64,000 nt of DNA from an uncultured Clostridia bacterium (GTDB taxonomy: Bacteria; Bacillota; Clostridia; Christensenellales; UBA1242): the NCBI GenBank assembly GCA_937896905.1, contig CALBOE010000002.1:56954-120953 (forward strand), given 5' to 3'. The notes under the pieces were generated by a model, which was not told the DNA's origin, ran no database searches, and worked only from the letters and a program-made list of their open reading frames with translations. The translations under genes were made by a program, and so were the position numbers. Shown piece after piece: positions 58,038-64,000 of the stretch. Position 1 is the stretch's first letter, and each line of letters begins with the position of its first letter.

Positions 58038-60293
58038 CTAAACCGACCAACGTTTTTTGCCATTTAAAATTTCTAAATTTAAAGTGTTAATTAAAAACTC
58101 TTTAGGTTTTATAGTAACATAATTGGAAGATGTGCCAGTTTCGTCCACCAAGAAATACGTTATTTCGTCGTGCGTGAAAACGTTGTTGTCCTCAAATTCC
58201 ACCAAGCCAGATTTTTCGTTAATGCAAGCAATTTCCACTTGCTTATTAATTGTTTTTTTAACAATTGAATATTCCTTATACTTAACAGCTTCAAATGCTA
58301 AGGTTGCTCCAAACTTATCAATTTTGGCTGTTAAGTTTAGTTCTGATTCCGCAAGCGCTGGTTGTGGCGGGAATTCTGTTTTAAAATAGTCGTAAGAAAC
58401 ATATCTCTCTTTAGAACTAGATGGAGCAGTTATAATGTGGCGAGTTTGGGCAATTAAATTGTCGTACGCCATTTTTTCAACAGTATTTGGCTTTACAAAA
58501 TCGTTAATAGGATTATCGTATAATTCATTTAAAATTCTCTTATTAATTTCTGTTGGTTGCACAGAACTGATCAATCCAGAAGGCAGAACAATGTCTTTGT
58601 TGCAAGCAATCCAACTTAATGTAGTGTGTTGTGGCGTGTAGGCAACGTTATATAGGTCAGTAACGCCATCATTGTTAGATGCTGTTCCTGTTTTGCTTGC
58701 AACTGGCAAGTTTAAACTATCTAAACGCTTTGCCGTGCCTTCGCTTGCAGTTGTTTTAAGCATATCATTAACAAGGAAACAATCTTCTTGCTTAAAAACT
58801 TGCTGAGAAAAATGTTCATTTTCATAAATTACCTTTCCATTCGAATCCAAAATTTTACTAATAAAGGTTAAGTCGTATTTGTTGCCCAAATTTGCAAGGG
58901 TAGCATAGGAGGAGGTTAGGTCAAGTAAACTTACTCCTTGCGTTAGGGCTCCCAATGCCAAACTTAAATTTAAATCGTTTTCCATTATGTTAATGCCGAA
59001 CCTTTCTATCGAGCTTTTTGCTTTATCTAAACCTACAAATTCAAGAGCTTTAACTGCTGGAATGTTGAGTGAGTGAGCAAGAGCATGGCGAGCACTAACA
59101 TACCCGTTAAATGCGCCGTTGGCATTTTGCGGTTTAAAGCCATTGTAATTTATAGGTTCGTCTAAAATTTGTGTTGCTGGTGTCAATATATTGTTTTCAA
59201 TGCACGGCAAGTACACAACCAGTGGTTTTAAAAGAGACGCTGGCTGACGCTTCATATTATGTAAGTTATATTGACTGTTAGCATAGTAGGCAACGATTTC
59301 ACCACAATTATTAACAACAATGCTTAATCCGTCTAAACTTGTTTGTGTGGCTTTTTCCGCTTCGCCTAATACCTCATTATTAATTTTAACAACGGCATTT
59401 TGAATGTGGTCGTTTTTATTGGTTATGATTTGATATTTCCTATTAATTAGTTCACGTTCGGTTAGGTTTAAAAGTTGGCATGCTTCGTAAATGGCTTCTT
59501 GTTCATATCCAAAATCAATCTCGCTTTTTTCGCAAAACTTTATTTCAGAATTAACTATTGAATAATGTTCGTTTTTAGTTATGTTGTTTTGCTCTAACAT
59601 CGCATTTGCCACAACATTTCTTCTTTTTATGCAGTTACTATAATTTTGTTTTGGTGAATATTTGCTTGGTGACTTTATCATTCCTGCCAAACAACAAGCC
59701 TCGCTTATACTCAACTCTTTGGCTGATTTATTAAAGTAAATTTGGCTTGCATTTTCAATGCCATAGGCATTAGAGCCAAAATAGATAGTGTTTAAATACA
59801 TTTCTAAAATTTCTTTTTTAGAAAACTTTTTTTCCATTTGTACGGCCAAAACAATCTCTTTAATTTTTCTTTCGTAGGTTTTTTCGTTGCTTAAAAGGGC
59901 ATTTTTAATTAGTTGTTGGCTTATTGTAGATGCTCCTTGCGATTTACTGTTGGTTGCGATGTTAACAAAGCCCGCCTTAATAATTCTTAGTGGATCAAAT
60001 CCGTTGTGGGTGTAGAATCGTTTGTCCTCCACATCAATAAACGCATTTAAAACGTAATTGGGCAGGGTTTCTATTTCAATAATAGAGCGATTGGTATTAT
60101 AAAGTGTGCTATCAGTTCCACTAGCCGAAGAAACCTTAATTCCGTTGTTTAAACTTGTTAGGGCATTAACATCTAGATGATATTTATTAAAAAAGTGTGC
60201 AACTGTAACTGCGCAGGCAACAAAAAACAAACTTAAAAATAAGCATATAATTAAAACAACCTTTTTGGCTCTGTTGTGCCGAGTTTTTGTCAT
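58038..60293 (-). CDS. Class A penicillin-binding protein (glycosyltransferase plus transpeptidase)
   Basis: GT51 motifs EDKRFYTHNGFD, GASTISQQ and RKIKE. Transpeptidase motifs SLLK, SLN and KTG. N-terminal TM anchor. Confidence 0.9.
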   Translation of the reverse strand: MTKTRHNRAKKVVLIICLFLSLFFVACAVTVAHFFNKYHLDVNALTSLNNGIKVSSASGTDSTLYNTNRSIIEIETLPNYVLNAFIDVEDKRFYTHNGFDPLRIIKAGFVNIATNSKSQGASTISQQLIKNALLSNEKTYERKIKEIVLAVQMEKKFSKKEILEMYLNTIYFGSNAYGIENASQIYFNKSAKELSISEACCLAGMIKSPSKYSPKQNYSNCIKRRNVVANAMLEQNNITKNEHYSIVNSEIKFCEKSEIDFGYEQEAIYEACQLLNLTERELINRKYQIITNKNDHIQNAVVKINNEVLGEAEKATQTSLDGLSIVVNNCGEIVAYYANSQYNLHNMKRQPASLLKPLVVYLPCIENNILTPATQILDEPINYNGFKPQNANGAFNGYVSARHALAHSLNIPAVKALEFVGLDKAKSSIERFGINIMENDLNLSLALGALTQGVSLLDLTSSYATLANLGNKYDLTFISKILDSNGKVIYENEHFSQQVFKQEDCFLVNDMLKTTASEGTAKRLDSLNLPVASKTGTASNNDGVTDLYNVAYTPQHTTLSWIACNKDIVLPSGLISSVQPTEINKRILNELYDNPINDFVKPNTVEKMAYDNLIAQTRHIITAPSSSKERYVSYDYFKTEFPPQPALAESELNLTAKIDKFGATLAFEAVKYKEYSIVKKTINKQVEIACINEKSGLVEFEDNNVFTHDEITYFLVDETGTSSNYVTIKPKEFLINTLNLEILNGKKRWSV

Positions 60294-60345
60294 ATTTTTA
60301 GTATTTGCAAAAATAATAGATTAATTACTTTTGTGTAAATTTTAG

Positions 60346-60374
60346 TTGAAAAATATTTAATATTATACTATAAT
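60346..60374 (+). promoter_or_regulatory. SigA-type promoter of miaB (leaderless geometry)
   Basis: TTGAAA, 17 bp, TATAAT (60369-60374). The ATG lies 6 nt downstream and there is no SD. Confidence 0.65.
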
Positions 60375-60380
60375 ATTAAC

Positions 60381-61715
60381 ATGATTAATTTTGAAAATAA
60401 ATTTTACCACATAACCACCTATGGTTGCCAAATGAACGTGCACGAAAGTGAAAAAATTCGTGGCATATTGTCATCTATTGGAATGGCTGAAACAGACGAT
60501 ATTTCGCAAGCAACGCTTGCAGTTTTTAACACCTGTTGCATACGTGAGGGGGCAGAAGACAGGGCATATAGCAACATATCGGCATTAAAAAAATGGAAAG
60601 AAGAAAAAGCTGGCAGAACAATTGTTATATGTGGTTGTATGCCTCAACAAAAAAACGGCAAATATAACCTTAAAACTCGCCTAAAATTGGTAGATATTGT
60701 TATTGGAACACATAACATTAATATGCTAGCAAAATATTTAGAACAGTTTGGCAAAACAGAAAAACGCATTTACGATATTATAGACAGTCCAACGCAGAGC
60801 ATGGACGAGGCAACCTGCATTAGGGACGATAAAACAAATGCATACGTTAACATAATTTACGGTTGCAACAAGTTTTGCACCTACTGCATTGTTCCTCATG
60901 TAAGGGGAAGAGAAAAAAGCAGGCCAACCATAGAAATTTTTAACGAGGTAAAAAAGTTAGTTCAACAAGAGGGTTATAAATATATAACTTTACTAGGGCA
61001 AAATGTTAATTCCTATGGTAAGGATTTGGAAGAAAAAACCACTTTTGCAGAACTTTTAACTTCACTTTGCAAAATAGAAGGTGATTTTAAAATTAAATTT
61101 ATGACCTCGCACCCAATGGACTTCGACAAAAGTATTGTTAAAGTAATGAAAACAGAGCCCAAAATTGCCAAAGCATTGCACTTACCTGTGCAATCTGGTA
61201 GCACTCCAATTCTAGCAAAAATGAACAGACACTACACTGCTAAAGAATATATGCGTAAAATTAGAATGGTTAAACGTGCAATTCCAAACATTTCACTTTC
61301 AACAGACATTATTGTTGGCTTCCCGGGGGAAACAGAAAAGGACTTTAATCAAACAATGAAATTGATGAAAAAAGTGCAGTACGACCAAGTTTTTGCATTT
61401 ATGTATTCTGTTAGAAGTGGAACCCCTGCTGCAACGTTCGAAGATCAAGTGCCAGAAAAAGAAAAAAATGTTAGGGTTAACAAACTTTTGCGTTTGCACA
61501 AGGTTATTCAAAAAGAGCAAGTTAAAAAATGCTTTAACAAAACCTACGATTGCTTAATTCAACACAAAAATGGGGTAGCCGTTGGATTAACAGATGGTGG
61601 CAGAGAAATTTATATTCCAACCTATAAATTTAGCAATCACAACTTCTTTGCAAAAGTTAAGGTGGAAGAAATTAGAAATCATAAACTATCGGGAGTTATA
61701 AGTAATGAGCGCTAA
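60381..61715 (+). CDS. miaB: tRNA i6A37 methylthiotransferase MiaB
   Basis: ITTYGCQMNVHESE, radical-SAM CNKFCTYCIVP and a TRAM C-terminus. Confidence 0.9.
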   Translation: MINFENKFYHITTYGCQMNVHESEKIRGILSSIGMAETDDISQATLAVFNTCCIREGAEDRAYSNISALKKWKEEKAGRTIVICGCMPQQKNGKYNLKTRLKLVDIVIGTHNINMLAKYLEQFGKTEKRIYDIIDSPTQSMDEATCIRDDKTNAYVNIIYGCNKFCTYCIVPHVRGREKSRPTIEIFNEVKKLVQQEGYKYITLLGQNVNSYGKDLEEKTTFAELLTSLCKIEGDFKIKFMTSHPMDFDKSIVKVMKTEPKIAKALHLPVQSGSTPILAKMNRHYTAKEYMRKIRMVKRAIPNISLSTDIIVGFPGETEKDFNQTMKLMKKVQYDQVFAFMYSVRSGTPAATFEDQVPEKEKNVRVNKLLRLHKVIQKEQVKKCFNKTYDCLIQHKNGVAVGLTDGGREIYIPTYKFSNHNFFAKVKVEEIRNHKLSGVISNER

Positions 61716-64000
61716 AGAAAAAGAAAGTTCACCAATAATTAAACAATACTGGGCCATTAAAGAACAATATAAAGATTGTATATTGTTTTTTAGGCTTGGC
61801 GATTTTTATGAACTGTTTTTTGAAGATGCGATTATTTGCAGTAAAGAGTTAGATTTAACCCTAACTGGAAAAACTTGCGGAATGGAAGAACGTGCGCCAA
61901 TGTGCGGGGTTCCATTTCACGCCTACGAAAGCTATGCCCAAAAACTTATTGAAAAGGGCTACAAGGTGGCAATTTGTGAGCAAACTGGCGAAATGGTTAA
62001 CAAAGTTATGCAAAGGGACGTTGTGCGCATTATTACGGCAGGCACGGTTATGGAAAGTACCATGTTACAAGACGCTTCAAATACCTATATAATGTGTATT
62101 TATAAAAATAAAAACACAATATCTTATGCGTATGCGGATTTATCTACCGGCGAAATGAATGTTGCAGAATATTCTGGTGATAATGTTAAGGGTTATATTA
62201 ACGATCAAATTGTTAGGGTTATGCCAAGCGAAATTATATGCAATGAAGAAATGAAGCATTTTTCAAAGCAGCTTCCTTGTGTTATGGCAGATGATAAAAT
62301 TCGTTTCAGCCAATATCACGATTGGGCTTTTGCTATTGGCAACTCAGAAAAAATTATTTGTAAACAATATGGTTTAAGGTCGGTTAAAGGTTACGATTTC
62401 GATAGTTCAAATTGTTTAAGTGCAGTTGGTGCTTTGCTTGAATACTTTAAAGAAACTCAAAAAAGAGATTTAAAACACCTTTCCTTGCCGAGAGTTTTGC
62501 AAGACAATCAATATATGTATATCGACACCAACACAAGGCGTAACCTTGAAATAGAGCAAACCATGCGAACCGGCTCTAAATATGGCACTTTGCTTTGGGT
62601 GTTGGATAACACTTGCACAGCTGGCGGTGCTAGATTGCTAAAAAACTGGGTAAGGCAACCACTTCAAAACAAAAAAGAAATAGACGCCCGCCTAGAAATG
62701 GTGGAAGATTTAGCAACAAACACACTTATTAGAGTAGAACTAAAAAAAGCGTTGCAAGGAATTCAAGATATTGAACGTTTGGTTGGTAAAATTTCATATG
62801 GCAACTTAATGCCAAAGGACTGTAACGCATTGGCAACATCGTTAAGGCAAACCTTAAATGTTAAGAACATTGTTAGTATGTGTAACAACAGCGGATTAAA
62901 AACACTTGCTAACAATATTGAGGATACAACTTCAATTTCCAACTTTATTAATGCCACCATTGCAGACGAGCCACCAGCGCTTATGAAAGACGGCGGCTAT
63001 ATTAGAGATGGATTTAACCCAGCTTTGGATAGAGCACGAAGCATTAAAACAAACGCCGAGGGCTACATTCTTCAAATGCAACAGCAAGAACGCGATGAAA
63101 CGGGCATTAAAAACCTTAAAATTGGATATAACAAGGTGTTTGGGTACTATATTGAAGTGAACAAATCAATGAGCGAGCAAGTGCCTTTCCGCTATATTAG
63201 AAAACAGACCATTTCTAATAACGAGCGCTATATAACCGAGGAACTTAAAAAATTTGAAGAAGAAGTTTTAACATCTAAAGAGCAGGCGTTAAAACTAGAA
63301 AATGAAATTTTTGCAGAATTTAAAGCGCAGTTGCTAAAAAATGCGGCCGTTATGCAAAAAGTGGCAAGTATAGTTGCTGTGCTAGATTGTTTGTTTTCTT
63401 TGGCAGAAGTTGCTGTTAGAAACGACTATTGCAAACCAAACATTGTAACAAACGGTGAAATTAACATTGTTGCTGGCAGACACCCAGTTGTTGAAAAAGT
63501 TGGAAAGAGCGAGGACTTTATTCCTAACGATTGCTTGCTTAACCACGAAGAACAACGAACAATAATATTAACCGGCCCAAATATGGCAGGTAAATCTACA
63601 TATATGCGCCAAGTTGCATTAATAACCTACATGGCACACATTGGAAGTTTTGTTCCAGCCCAAACTGCAAATGTTTGTTTGGTTGATAGAATTTTTACAA
63701 GAATTGGTGCAAGTGACGACCTTTCTGTTGGGCAATCTACCTTTATGGTGGAAATGATTGAAGTTGCAAATATCTTAAACTTTGCAACAAATAACAGCTT
63801 AATAATTTTAGACGAAGTGGGCAGGGGCACCTCAACCTTCGATGGGCTTTCAATTGCTTGGTCGGTGGTGGAATATCTTTCTAAAAAACTGAATGTTAAA
63901 ACATTATTTGCCACACACTATCACGAATTAATGCAATTAGAGGGCTTATACGAAGGCGTTAAAAATTATTGCATATCCATTAAAGAAATAGGCGGCAAGC
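61705..64000 (+). CDS. mutS: DNA mismatch repair protein MutS (3' end outside window)
   Basis: Not in the ORF track because no stop falls in the window. Reads MSAKEKESSPIIKQYW..FFRLGDFYELFFEDA, GPNMAGKSTYMRQ and LDEVGRGTSTFDG. The ATG overlaps the miaB end. Confidence 0.9.
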   Translation, partial: MSAKEKESSPIIKQYWAIKEQYKDCILFFRLGDFYELFFEDAIICSKELDLTLTGKTCGMEERAPMCGVPFHAYESYAQKLIEKGYKVAICEQTGEMVNKVMQRDVVRIITAGTVMESTMLQDASNTYIMCIYKNKNTISYAYADLSTGEMNVAEYSGDNVKGYINDQIVRVMPSEIICNEEMKHFSKQLPCVMADDKIRFSQYHDWAFAIGNSEKIICKQYGLRSVKGYDFDSSNCLSAVGALLEYFKETQKRDLKHLSLPRVLQDNQYMYIDTNTRRNLEIEQTMRTGSKYGTLLWVLDNTCTAGGARLLKNWVRQPLQNKKEIDARLEMVEDLATNTLIRVELKKALQGIQDIERLVGKISYGNLMPKDCNALATSLRQTLNVKNIVSMCNNSGLKTLANNIEDTTSISNFINATIADEPPALMKDGGYIRDGFNPALDRARSIKTNAEGYILQMQQQERDETGIKNLKIGYNKVFGYYIEVNKSMSEQVPFRYIRKQTISNNERYITEELKKFEEEVLTSKEQALKLENEIFAEFKAQLLKNAAVMQKVASIVAVLDCLFSLAEVAVRNDYCKPNIVTNGEINIVAGRHPVVEKVGKSEDFIPNDCLLNHEEQRTIILTGPNMAGKSTYMRQVALITYMAHIGSFVPAQTANVCLVDRIFTRIGASDDLSVGQSTFMVEMIEVANILNFATNNSLIILDEVGRGTSTFDGLSIAWSVVEYLSKKLNVKTLFATHYHELMQLEGLYEGVKNYCISIKEIGGK

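Overview
By eye this is a low-GC chromosomal core region of an endospore-forming Firmicute (Clostridia-like). I call 72 protein-coding genes, 70 of them on the + strand. I saw no rRNA, tRNA, CRISPR array, transposase or integrase. The content is three conserved housekeeping blocks. Block (i): rlmN-rpe-rsmE-mtaB-HIT-rpsU-pcrA-ligA-smc-ftsY-ylxM-ffh-rpsP-khpA-rimM-trmD-rbgA-rnhB-yraN-rplS. Block (ii): comM-dprA-topA-trmFO-hslVU-tcdA-trx-nifS-nifU-like-ruvX-rpsB-tsf-frr-uppS-cdsA-rseP ... rimP-nusA-ylxR-ylxQ-infB-rbfA-truB-efp. Block (iii): spoIIIAA-AH, asp23, nusB, xseAB, proS, a frameshifted galE, rpsT, murI, a class A PBP, miaB and mutS. Promoters are very regular (TTGnnn, 17 bp, often TGn, then TATAAT-like), and at least four genes look leaderless. 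The most unusual signal is that ffh, rplS and tsf are each followed by displaced ghost copies of their own 3' coding ends. Their substitutions are almost all at third codon positions, so the ghosts diverged while still coding. This may be a recombination or integration scar process, or an assembly artefact that needs read-level checking. Other items worth a second look:
- a structured roughly 92-nt tandem repeat plus palindrome between rbgA and rnhB
- small orphan gene cassettes with their own promoters, inserted at normally tight synteny junctions (ftsY|ylxM, ffh|rpsP, rseP|polC position)
- a PolC-like OB plus exonuclease protein with no polymerase domain, sitting at the polC locus
- an IscU-like protein that has lost two of three cluster-ligand cysteines and gained an AT-hook and an acidic tail
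I recognise no complete defence or mobile system.
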